Assembly: GCA_965215015.1 (NCBI GenBank)
Contig: OZ244042.1
Coordinates: forward strand, 1,856,001-1,920,000
Origin: Candidatus Poribacteria bacterium
GTDB lineage: Bacteria > Poribacteria > WGA-4E > PCPOR2b
Direction of reading: 5' to 3'
DNA: 64,000 bases
The notes beneath the pieces were generated by a model. The model was not told the DNA's origin. It saw only the letters and a list, made by a program, of their open reading frames with translations, and made no database searches. Shown here in pieces: positions 19,490 to 28,757 of this stretch. Within the stretch, counting starts at the first letter, position 1. Each line of letters starts with the position of its first letter. The position numbers were made by a program, and so were the translations under genes.

Positions 19490-20152
19490 ATGAAAAAGTA
19501 CCTTGTTGCGCTTGTCGCCTTTCTCGCCTTCACAACAGGTTGGAATATTGGATCGGCAGAATCGACTGCCGATGATACAACTATGATTCAATCAGGGACA
19601 CCAGGACGAGCGAATACCAAAGATTCGCCGACCTCCCCGACCTTGACAGGAAACGTCCTCCCCCACGACCCGAATCGCCAACCAGATTCACCAGATTATC
19701 CTCTCTTCCGGCCACACGCGCCAAAGTACTATCCACAGAAAACCGCTCGGACAGCGATACTTCTGTCAGCGACGTTGCCCGGTTTAGGACAAACCTATTC
19801 CGGTCGTCCTGTGAGAGGGTTGGCTTTTCTCGCTGCTGGGATTGGATTGATAGCGGTGGGGGGATTCAATTTGGACCGTGCGGTCAATTACAATGACCTC
19901 TCAAATCGCTTTAACACGGGATTTTACGACCCGCATGGCGACAGCTTTCTAACAGCGGATCAAGGGCGTGTCAAGGCACGAACTCATGTCCAATTTGGAG
20001 TGCTCTTTCTGACGAGTGGGATTGGTATCTATCTCTGGAACATTTTTGATGCAGCCAAAACAGTCAACCAATATAATGAACGAAGATTTCCCGTGCAGGT
20101 GCAACAAAATGTCCATGGAGATACCTATCTAACAGTCAACCGCCGCTTTTAG
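19490..20152 (+). CDS. Exported/membrane protein (DUF5683-like)
   Basis: Signal peptide; AILLSATLPGLGQTY and YLWNIFDA motifs. Confidence 0.65.
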   Translation: MKKYLVALVAFLAFTTGWNIGSAESTADDTTMIQSGTPGRANTKDSPTSPTLTGNVLPHDPNRQPDSPDYPLFRPHAPKYYPQKTARTAILLSATLPGLGQTYSGRPVRGLAFLAAGIGLIAVGGFNLDRAVNYNDLSNRFNTGFYDPHGDSFLTADQGRVKARTHVQFGVLFLTSGIGIYLWNIFDAAKTVNQYNERRFPVQVQQNVHGDTYLTVNRRF

Positions 20153-20261
20153 CGGGGGTATAAAAGTAGGCAGGTGATAATCCTCGGAGAAGAATCTACC
20201 TGATGATCCGTGATTTTTTTGATGGTAAAACCATCCATCTGTCGCGCATCTCAAACCTCAA

Positions 20262-21056
20262 ATGAACCTTCCGAAGGTTTCATTGAGCAAGGAAGTCTGT
20301 ATTGTGCGAGTTATCCAAATTCTGTTTGTTAGTTGTTTCATCTTTCTGACCTTCTCGCTAGCAATTTCGGCAACCTGCTCGTTGCTTGACACCAAAAATC
20401 TCGATCAGGACCCTATTCAGATTGGCGAGGTACTGACCTACAGCGTCAAGATTAAGGGATTGCCTGCCGGGAGACAGGTGACAAAGGTCGTTGAAAAAAC
20501 GATGCTGGCAAATCAGCCGGTCTATCATTTCAGCTCGGAAAGGCAGACCGGGAGCCTTCTTGGAAAACTTTACCATTTCTACGATCAGACAGAAAGCTAC
20601 GTCACAACCGATCAGCTATACCCACTGAAATATGTTAGAAATTTAGAAGATCAGAAATATCGAGCGCGTGTTGAAATTGAGTTTGACCACGGCGGAGAGA
20701 CCGCGCAATATACCAAAAACCTGAGTAACAAGGCTCTGGACATCCCAATCGGCACACAGGATGATCTGTCAATGGTTTACTTCCTGCGTTCAAAGAAGTT
20801 GCAGGTCGGCCACACCTACAGATTTCCAGTGATAGTCAAGGATAAATGCGAACATGTTACCCTTGAAATCTACCGTCGTGAAATAATAAAAACCAAAGCA
20901 TTGGGACGCGTGGAAACATTGGTACTACGCACCTCGCATGGCTATCTGATGTGGCTCACAAACGATGAACGCCGTATTCCCGTCAGAATTGAAGCCGAGA
21001 CACCCCGTATCGGCAAACTAGTCGGTGTATTGGAGAAAATTGATTTTCTGGATTAG
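20262..21056 (+). CDS. DUF3108-like exported beta protein
   Basis: GEVLTYSV, D.LSMVYFLR, WLTNDERRIPVRI motifs. Confidence 0.7.
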   Translation: MNLPKVSLSKEVCIVRVIQILFVSCFIFLTFSLAISATCSLLDTKNLDQDPIQIGEVLTYSVKIKGLPAGRQVTKVVEKTMLANQPVYHFSSERQTGSLLGKLYHFYDQTESYVTTDQLYPLKYVRNLEDQKYRARVEIEFDHGGETAQYTKNLSNKALDIPIGTQDDLSMVYFLRSKKLQVGHTYRFPVIVKDKCEHVTLEIYRREIIKTKALGRVETLVLRTSHGYLMWLTNDERRIPVRIEAETPRIGKLVGVLEKIDFLD

Positions 21057-21065
21057 AGAAGGAAC

Positions 21066-24000
21066 GTGATAGATCTTCTGCGGCAGTCAAACGCCTATCA
21101 ATCGCTTGTTAAAACCCTGACCGCTCAGTTTTCAGGGGTGGAGTGTGCCCCGATCTCGTCAAATCAACAAATAGATCGCCCAAGACCTTGGTTGCGCGGC
21201 CTGCATGAGGCATCTACCGCTTATCTGCTCAGCGCATTGGCAGCCGATTTTCCCGACAAATCCTTTCTTGTCGTCCTCCCCACCCAGCACGAAGCTGAGA
21301 AAATCATCCAAGACTTACCTGCCTATCATTTTGATGGGGGCAATCTCTTTCCGCAATGGCAGAATTTCCTTTACGACGGTATTTCTCCAACAAAAAATGT
21401 CGTTGCAGAACGACTCATCTGTTTGTACCAATTGTTGAAAGGAGATCGTGCATTCATTGTCACATCGATTCATGCTTTGATGCATAAAATTCTGCCCCAA
21501 TCCCTTGTAGAATCCGCTTTCATGACCCTCCGCATCGGTGATGAAATCGCCCCCGACAAGGTGGTCGAGCAACTGCTACGCAACGGTTATCAACGCGTAG
21601 ACCTCGTAGAGGTTAAGGGAGAGTTAGCCCGTCGCGGGGACATTTTGGATCTTTATCCGTTGACCACTGATGCACCCATCCGAATTGAGTTTTTTGGCGA
21701 CGAGATAGATGCTATTCGAGCGTTCAATCCTGCTTCACAGCGTTCTGTTTCCGACGAAGGTGATGATGAACAAGGAGCAATTACGCTGTGTCCGGTTCGA
21801 GAAATTATCCTGTCCCCTAAAACCCTTGATCACTGGAAAACCCGAGCAGAGATACTGATTCAAAACAACGAATCCCCCAAGTACCGAAACGCGATTAACG
21901 AAATCACACACCGTCTCGAAACAGAAACAAATCCAGAAGGACTGGAAGCCTTGCTGCCAATGTTATATGAAGATACCAGCATCCTCACGGATTATCTAAC
22001 CCCACAGACCGTCGTTCTTCTGATTGAGCCAAATTGGATGGCGCGTGAGGGAAGAAAGCTCATCGAAGATACGAAAGATCTTTATGAACGAAAACTAGCA
22101 TTTGATCAGTTTATGGTGTCACCGGATGAGACATTTGTGTCGTTTGAATCAGTAATCTCTGCCTTGCAGACGTATCCTCTCGTTCGAACGTCGTTGACCC
22201 CGCCCGGACTCAACACGGAGGAACAGGTTGAAGAAATTGCTTTCGGTATGCGGCCGCTCGGTCTGCCGCGGAGTAACTATCGGATGGTTATGGATCAGAT
22301 TAAAGGATGGACCGATGAAGGCTATTTCGTCAATTTCCTCTGTGATAATCCAAAGAGCGCAGACCGGCTACATAACATCTTGGCAGATCGAAACTTACCC
22401 GCAACCCAGACGACGGTGAACATCGGCAGCATCAGTGAAGGATTTATCAGTGAAACTCTCAAGTTTATTACCTTGTCCGAAGATGAGTTGTTTGGGCGTG
22501 AGCATCGCCGACACCGAAAGACCGCCTTCAAGGAAGGCACCCCTATCCTGAGTTTAATTGATCTCAAGGAAAAGGATTATGTGGTGCATGTCTCTCACGG
22601 AATCGGTCGCTACGTAGGGATTCGGCGCCTTGATATTGATGGCAAGCCACAGGACTTTCTCGTAATAGATTATGCAGACGGGGGTAGACTATATGTCCCG
22701 ACCTATCAAATCGATCTCGTCCAGAAGTATATTGGCGGGCAAGAAGACGGAAAGTTACGGCTGGATAAACTCGGTGGAACGTCATGGGAACGGGTCAAAG
22801 CTAAAGTAAAAGCCTCCATAGAGCAGATGGCGACGGAATTACTGGAACTGTATGCAATCCGTGAATCCCGTGAGGGCTATGCTTTTCCAGTAGATACTCC
22901 TTGGCAGAAGGATTTTGAGGTGCTGTTTCCTTATCAGGAAACCCCGGATCAGCAGAAGGCGATTGAGGAGGTCAAGCAGGATATGGAATGCCTTCAGCCC
23001 ATGGATCGGTTGATTTGCGGGGACGTTGGATACGGAAAAACAGAGGTGGCACTTCGTGCGGCGTTCAAGTCAGTAATGGCAGGAAAACAGGTCGCCCTCC
23101 TGGCACCAACCACAATTCTCACGCTACAACACTTTAATACGTTCCAGCAGCGGTTTGACCCTTTTCCCGTTCAGGTCGAAATGCTGAATCGCTTCCGAAC
23201 CGATAAGGAAGCGAAGAGGGTGGTCGAGGGATTGGCAAATGGTACGGTTGATATCGTTATCGGCACCCACGCCTTGCTTTCAAACAACATTAAGTTCCGC
23301 GAACTCGGTTTGCTTGTGGTTGACGAGGAACATCGTTTCGGGGTGAAGCACAAAGAAAAAATTAAACAGATGAAGCAGACGGTTGATGTATTAACCTTGA
23401 CAGCGACACCGATTCCGCGTACACTCCATATGTCTCTCGTCGGCATCCGCGACTTCAGTGTAATCAATACACCCCCGGAAAATCGTCTGCCAATCGAAAC
23501 TTATGTCATGGAGTATAATCCCGATGTGGTTCGAGATGCAATTTTGCGCGAGATGGAACGCGGAGGACAGATCTTCTTTGTTCACAACCGTGTCCAAAGT
23601 ATAGCGAGCATCGCCGCTGCAATCCAAGATCTCGTGCCACTCGCTCGGGTCTGCATGGCACATGGGCAAATGCCTGAACGCCAACTAGAAAAGGTGATGA
23701 TGGAGTTCATCAACCACAAATACGACGTTCTGGTTTGTACCATGATCATCGAGTCCGGGGTGGATATCCCAACCGTCAACACAATTCTGATTAATCGGGC
23801 AGATGCGTTTGGGTTAGCCCAACTTTACCAGTTACGCGGGCGAGTCGGGCGCGATCAGTATCAGGCTTACGGCTACCTTTTCTACCCACCCGGTCGGGCA
23901 ATTACGGAAGGTGCTCAAAAACGGCTGCGGGTCATCGAAGAGTTCACTGACCTCGGCTCTGGGTTCAAGATTGCCCTCCGTGACCTTGAGATTCGGGGCA

Positions 24001-24554
24001 CCGGCAACATTCTTGGTTCCGAGCAGCACGGTCATATCACCGCTGTCGGTTACGACATGTACTGCAAACTCCTTGAGGAAGCGGTACAAAAACTCAAGGG
24101 CGAGGAGGTCGAAGAAAGGGTTGAAACACGGATTAACCTCCCTATTGAAGCCTACCTACCCGATGAATACGTCCCTGACAGCCGGCAAAAGGTGGCACTT
24201 TACAAAAAAATTGCTGCCCTAGAAACAGAAGTAGATCGAAAAGAACTTGAAGAGGAAATCGTTGACCGATACGGAAAAATCCCTGAGCCGGTTGAGATGC
24301 TCCTCGAAATTGCCGACTTGAAACAACTCAGTCAACAGCTAGGGGTTGATAGAATCGTCGCAGGCTTGGAAAGCATCAAAATCACATTTGATGAAGCAAA
24401 AACAAGCGTCGATCCTCGTAAGTTGATTCGACTTATCGAACAGGATCGGCGCGTCTCGCTTACACCCCCTGCACGTATGGCGGTCCGTATGACAGGCTTG
24501 GAGGGAAAAACACTCTTGCTTGCACTCAAGCGTATCCTTGGGAAATTAATGTGA
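21066..24554 (+). CDS. mfd: Transcription-repair coupling factor
   Basis: UvrB-homology region, CarD/RID VVHVSHGIGRY, GDVGYGKTEVA, DEEHRFG, QLRGRVGR, TRCF domain. Confidence 0.98.
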   Translation: MIDLLRQSNAYQSLVKTLTAQFSGVECAPISSNQQIDRPRPWLRGLHEASTAYLLSALAADFPDKSFLVVLPTQHEAEKIIQDLPAYHFDGGNLFPQWQNFLYDGISPTKNVVAERLICLYQLLKGDRAFIVTSIHALMHKILPQSLVESAFMTLRIGDEIAPDKVVEQLLRNGYQRVDLVEVKGELARRGDILDLYPLTTDAPIRIEFFGDEIDAIRAFNPASQRSVSDEGDDEQGAITLCPVREIILSPKTLDHWKTRAEILIQNNESPKYRNAINEITHRLETETNPEGLEALLPMLYEDTSILTDYLTPQTVVLLIEPNWMAREGRKLIEDTKDLYERKLAFDQFMVSPDETFVSFESVISALQTYPLVRTSLTPPGLNTEEQVEEIAFGMRPLGLPRSNYRMVMDQIKGWTDEGYFVNFLCDNPKSADRLHNILADRNLPATQTTVNIGSISEGFISETLKFITLSEDELFGREHRRHRKTAFKEGTPILSLIDLKEKDYVVHVSHGIGRYVGIRRLDIDGKPQDFLVIDYADGGRLYVPTYQIDLVQKYIGGQEDGKLRLDKLGGTSWERVKAKVKASIEQMATELLELYAIRESREGYAFPVDTPWQKDFEVLFPYQETPDQQKAIEEVKQDMECLQPMDRLICGDVGYGKTEVALRAAFKSVMAGKQVALLAPTTILTLQHFNTFQQRFDPFPVQVEMLNRFRTDKEAKRVVEGLANGTVDIVIGTHALLSNNIKFRELGLLVVDEEHRFGVKHKEKIKQMKQTVDVLTLTATPIPRTLHMSLVGIRDFSVINTPPENRLPIETYVMEYNPDVVRDAILREMERGGQIFFVHNRVQSIASIAAAIQDLVPLARVCMAHGQMPERQLEKVMMEFINHKYDVLVCTMIIESGVDIPTVNTILINRADAFGLAQLYQLRGRVGRDQYQAYGYLFYPPGRAITEGAQKRLRVIEEFTDLGSGFKIALRDLEIRGTGNILGSEQHGHITAVGYDMYCKLLEEAVQKLKGEEVEERVETRINLPIEAYLPDEYVPDSRQKVALYKKIAALETEVDRKELEEEIVDRYGKIPEPVEMLLEIADLKQLSQQLGVDRIVAGLESIKITFDEAKTSVDPRKLIRLIEQDRRVSLTPPARMAVRMTGLEGKTLLLALKRILGKLM

Positions 24555-24689
24555 GGTGTGAGTAAAGCCTGATGCGTATTACATAACACTGTTTGTGGGC
24601 ATACATATCTTGTTAACAATATGGGTGTACCACCAACCGCGAAGGCAATGTCTTCGCATTCCATACCAATCAAAAAGGAGCAATACACA

Positions 24690-25652
24690 ATGAAAAAAAT
24701 ATTGATAATTTTCGTCGTTATTATGGCGATCGGTTTAAGCAGCTGGCAGATTGTTCAATCGCAAGACGTTGTTGGGCCAATGGATGAACATCAGATTATT
24801 GTGGCTCAATACGAATGGAACGGCACTCATGAGATTTCGCTTGCAACACTTAATGCGGAAATTGCAGCACTGCCGGCACATAAACAGAAAGGCTACCAGT
24901 CCAAAGCTGGTAAGCTCATATTTCTGGAGGACTTCATCAACCAAAAACTAATGTTCCTCGCAGCTGCTGAGAAAGGGTTCGATAAAAATGAGGAGCTCTT
25001 AAAAAAAGGCGATGACTATAAGGATCAGTTAATGGTCGAACGCTTGACCGAAATTGAAGTCGATGAGAAAATTGTCATCACCGAGGACGCGCTTCGGCAG
25101 TATTATGAGGAAAATAAAGATACGTATGTAGATAAGGAAAAAGTGCGGGCAACTTGCATCACTGTATTCGATAAAGAGCTCGCACAAGCAACGCTAAAGG
25201 AGATTCAAGCCGGCAAAGACATCCTTGATGCGGCGAAAGAACTTGGGGAAAAAAAGGTACTGACTGGACCAGGCTCAAATCCGGGTGATCCGGGTGACAC
25301 CGGCTTCTTTACGCGAGATATTTCTGCACGTGCACAGGCGTTTGTTGACGCGGCCTTTGCTATGGAAGTCGGCGAAATGACCGAGGAGGTTTTTGAGCAG
25401 GAGGTTGAGGATGCTACCTATTATATGATCTTCCGAAAGGAAGAACATCAACCAGAACGCCAGCAGACCTTTGAAGAGGTCAAGCCTCGACTTGAGTATC
25501 CCCTAAAACGTGAGATGAAGCGGACTCGCATCCTAAAATGGTTAGAAGAGCTTACTGCACAAGCTGAACTCAAAACGTATCCAGAACTGCTTCCTCCGCC
25601 CGTGGTACCCGAAGAGGAAGAAGATCCAGAAAATGAAGAATCTGAGCAGTAA
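24690..25652 (+). CDS. PrsA/PpiD-like parvulin-type foldase, paralog 1
   Basis: Signal/TM, SurA-like helical region, YYEENK, VRATCITV..GDTGFF..FAMEVGEM..YYMIFR; AAGGAG RBS. Confidence 0.82.
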   Translation: MKKILIIFVVIMAIGLSSWQIVQSQDVVGPMDEHQIIVAQYEWNGTHEISLATLNAEIAALPAHKQKGYQSKAGKLIFLEDFINQKLMFLAAAEKGFDKNEELLKKGDDYKDQLMVERLTEIEVDEKIVITEDALRQYYEENKDTYVDKEKVRATCITVFDKELAQATLKEIQAGKDILDAAKELGEKKVLTGPGSNPGDPGDTGFFTRDISARAQAFVDAAFAMEVGEMTEEVFEQEVEDATYYMIFRKEEHQPERQQTFEEVKPRLEYPLKREMKRTRILKWLEELTAQAELKTYPELLPPPVVPEEEEDPENEESEQ

Positions 25653-25756
25653 GAGAATACAAAATTGGATAGATCTATCGTGTTCAGAAATTGGTTGACA
25701 AATGGGTGGCGAAGTCGAATAAGTGTATATCACGCAAAATTTAAGGAGGTATAACT

Positions 25757-26749
25757 GTGAAACTATTGGGAATTATTGGTTTTATCTTAATCGGTGTTGT
25801 TGCTGTTAGTATTTCTTTGAACGGGTGTGGCGGAAAAGCCGGAGCTGAAGGCACTGTGATTGCTGAATTTGAATGGAATGGAAAACACTACGTCACGCTC
25901 GAAGAGATGCTACAGGAGATAAGCGAACTTCCTACGTATAAACAACAACAGTACCAAGAAGTAGAAGGCGGGTTTGAGGAATATATGAACCTGATGGCGG
26001 AGAGCCGACTCATACTTTGCCTGGCCAAAGACCGAAAGCTGGATGAGGATGCCGGGGTTCGGAAAAAGGTGCAAGATTATTACCATGAGTTACTCGTTGA
26101 CAGAATTACGGAAATTGAAGTCGATCAGAAACTTAAACTGACCGAGGAAGATTACCGTATTTATTATGAAGAAAATAAAAGTGATTATGTGGTGCCGGAA
26201 CAGGTGCGACTCACCTGTATAACCCTTACAAATGAGGAACGATCGAAGGCGGTCTTTGAACGAATCAAGGGGGGCGAAGACATTGTTGCCATTGCAAAGG
26301 AGCTACAAGGAAACAACGAGTTAGTCGGACCGGGAGCAAATAACGAACTCCCCGGCGACACCGGATTGTTCGATAACAAGGTATATTCTCGACGCGCAAA
26401 GGCGTTTAGCGATGCGGCGTTTGCACTGGAAGTGGGTCAAATGAACGAGGAGATTCTCCATATCGAACTTGATGGCGAGAACTATTACCTAATCTTTCGT
26501 AAGGAGGAGGTCCAGCCGGAACGTCAACAAACACTTGAAGAAAACAGTGTACGACGCAATGTGGAAAGACAAGTAGAGCATCAGAAGCGTGAAGAACTTA
26601 TGACCGATTGGCTGATCCGACTCCATGAACAAGCGGAGGTCAAAACCTTTGCAGAGCGAATCCCCGACACGCCAGAGCCAGAGGAGGAAGTAGAAAGTGA
26701 ATCGTCCGATGAGGGTGAGGCCTCCGCTGAACCTGAAGCCGAACCTTAG
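25757..26749 (+). CDS. PrsA/PpiD-like parvulin-type foldase, paralog 2 (probable lipoprotein)
   Basis: LNGC lipobox; colinear with paralog 1 (EWNG.H, TEIEVD.K, YYEENK, PGDTG.F); AAGGAGG RBS. Confidence 0.82.
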   Translation: MKLLGIIGFILIGVVAVSISLNGCGGKAGAEGTVIAEFEWNGKHYVTLEEMLQEISELPTYKQQQYQEVEGGFEEYMNLMAESRLILCLAKDRKLDEDAGVRKKVQDYYHELLVDRITEIEVDQKLKLTEEDYRIYYEENKSDYVVPEQVRLTCITLTNEERSKAVFERIKGGEDIVAIAKELQGNNELVGPGANNELPGDTGLFDNKVYSRRAKAFSDAAFALEVGQMNEEILHIELDGENYYLIFRKEEVQPERQQTLEENSVRRNVERQVEHQKREELMTDWLIRLHEQAEVKTFAERIPDTPEPEEEVESESSDEGEASAEPEAEP

Positions 26750-26752
26750 AAA

Positions 26753-26960
26753 TTAACGTACTCCCAAACCTAAAGGATTGGGAGTCTAGGATTGTTAGTG
26801 TGCCGCTAACAAGTGTCCCATTGCTATAGGAGTGGAATTAGGGTATCAACGACTCTTGCGAGCCAAAACCCGTTTGACGGTGTCTCCTCCAATGGACAAA
26901 TTCTTAAAAAAAACGCTAAAGCGCATGGGTGTATCCCCAAGATAAATCTTGGGATTTTAC
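26753..26960 (-). mobile_element. Non-autonomous IS605 derivative (PATE) retaining both ends and the omega-RNA scaffold
   Basis: Reverse complement aligns to 8200-8273 (CGTTGAT..AATTCCACTCCTA..GGGACA..CCTTTAGG.TTGGGAGTACGT.AA); other end has hairpin CCCAAGATAAATCTTGGG preceded by TTTAT. Confidence 0.75.
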
Positions 26961-27010
26961 ATAAAGGATTTTTGATAAAACTTTGAATTAGGAAGGAGGC
27001 ATACTCCTAA

Positions 27011-28300
27011 ATGAAAATGTTTCGTTTCTGTACCCTGATTCTATTGACTGTCTATTTTGGAATCAATCCTGCCGCTGCACGAAGATTCGATCAGATTATC
27101 GCTTATGTCAACAATGACGTAATCACCAAATGGGAGCTCGACAGCGTCGTGAGTCAAAAAGCGATGGAGCTCCAGCAAGTTTATCGGTTCAGTGAACGTG
27201 AAGCGATGCAAAAGGCAGAGCAAGAACGAGCTGTGCTCCTCGATCAATTAATTCGCCAGATGCTTCTCGTCGAAGCAGCGTTAACGCTAAAAATCGAGAT
27301 CACAGAGGCTGAAGTGGAGCAATATCTGCAAAACTTCAAAGACCAGTACAAGATCGAGACCGAAGCGGAGCTTGCTCAAGCGTTAAAGAAAGAAGGATAT
27401 ACCCTGATGTCTTTCCGTGAACAAGCTAAACGCAATCTGATGGCAGAACGACTCGTAATGCAACGTATCCTTCCTAGACTCCAAATCCGGGACTCGGATG
27501 TGCAGAAGTTCTTTGAAGAAAACCGCTCGCAATTGCCAACTAAAATAGACAGAGTCCATCTTCGGCACATCTTTGTTGCTTTCAAGCCGAGCGAGACAGA
27601 TCGCAAGCTAGCCCTTGACAAAATCGACACCATTCTTCAGGAATTAAAGGCTGGGAAGGATTTTGAGAGACTCGCGCAACGCTATGCTAGCGATGAAGGA
27701 AGAAAGGCAGGGATTGGACTATTAAACGAACTACCGACTGCGGAGATGGACAACCTCTCCCCTACCTTCCGTGATACACTTGCGGCACTCAATGCCGGTG
27801 AGACCAGCGAGCCAGTTGAAGGTAATGATGGGTTTTATCTTTTTAAAGTTGAGCGTAAAGATGATCAGACCATCGCTTTTCGTCATTTGGTTGTCAGTCT
27901 GAAGCCGAGTGAGGAGGCGATGGAAGCTGCTTATGAACGCACTGATAGTCTCCTCCGACAGCTAAACCAAGGTGAAGACTTCAACATGCTCGCCCGACAA
28001 TACTCCGACGATTCACAGACGAAAGCCAACGGTGGTGATCTCGGGGTCCGTTCACTCAGTGAGCTAAATCCCGACACTCGGGAAATTATCGAAGGGCTTT
28101 CTATCGGAGCGCATAGTGCGCCGGTCAAAACAACGTATGGCACGCATATTTTCAAAATCGATAGCCGTACTGCCCCCGAATTGGGCGATGCTGAAAAAGA
28201 CCAGGTCCGAATAATGCTGCGTCAGCAAAAATTTCAAGAGGAATGGCAACTTTACACGGATCTACTCAAGGAAAATTCCTTCATAAAAATTAGGGAATAA
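27011..28300 (+). CDS. surA: SurA-like periplasmic chaperone/PPIase
   Basis: DQIIAYVNNDVIT SurA N domain, two parvulin domains (LRHIF..FERLAQRY; FRHL..LARQYSDD..GGDLG..YGTHIFK). Confidence 0.88.
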   Translation: MKMFRFCTLILLTVYFGINPAAARRFDQIIAYVNNDVITKWELDSVVSQKAMELQQVYRFSEREAMQKAEQERAVLLDQLIRQMLLVEAALTLKIEITEAEVEQYLQNFKDQYKIETEAELAQALKKEGYTLMSFREQAKRNLMAERLVMQRILPRLQIRDSDVQKFFEENRSQLPTKIDRVHLRHIFVAFKPSETDRKLALDKIDTILQELKAGKDFERLAQRYASDEGRKAGIGLLNELPTAEMDNLSPTFRDTLAALNAGETSEPVEGNDGFYLFKVERKDDQTIAFRHLVVSLKPSEEAMEAAYERTDSLLRQLNQGEDFNMLARQYSDDSQTKANGGDLGVRSLSELNPDTREIIEGLSIGAHSAPVKTTYGTHIFKIDSRTAPELGDAEKDQVRIMLRQQKFQEEWQLYTDLLKENSFIKIRE

Positions 28301-28680
28301 GTCGTTACTGGCCTTTAATAAAACGCAGGAACGCCAGGGGGCTAAGACGCCTGGACGCTCAGAAAATCGAGACAATAAGAAAACGAGCAAACCGGCTTCC
28401 CTGCGTCAGGGAAGGGGGGCTTCATCCCGAATGATTTCAACACCGGCCTGTGAAGCTTTGTCTAACAGGCGTTGTAAAGTCGATCGGAAAGCAGAAAAAA
28501 ATCTTTATTCACTTTTTTTGCTTTGTGTCCTAGCGTCCAAGCGTTAAATTCAGACGCGTGAACCGGCGCAGAAGACTGAAGATCTTCGTGAATCTATGAT
28601 GCGGTAAGCATTCCCTGTGGAGGGCAACCGAATCAGAACTGGCACCCCCGCTTGCGGGGGACTGAGGGGGTAGGTCTTGT
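28296..28680 (+). repeat. Composite repeat family C, long copy
   Basis: Shares ordered modules with 44587-44865, 751-860 and 6408-6600. Confidence 0.75.
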
Positions 28681-28757
28681 GCCTGCTCAAAGCGGACAAC
28701 CACAAAGGTTGCTGCTCTTGAATAGTTGGTTTCACAGCGTAACAGAGGAAAGGTAGG

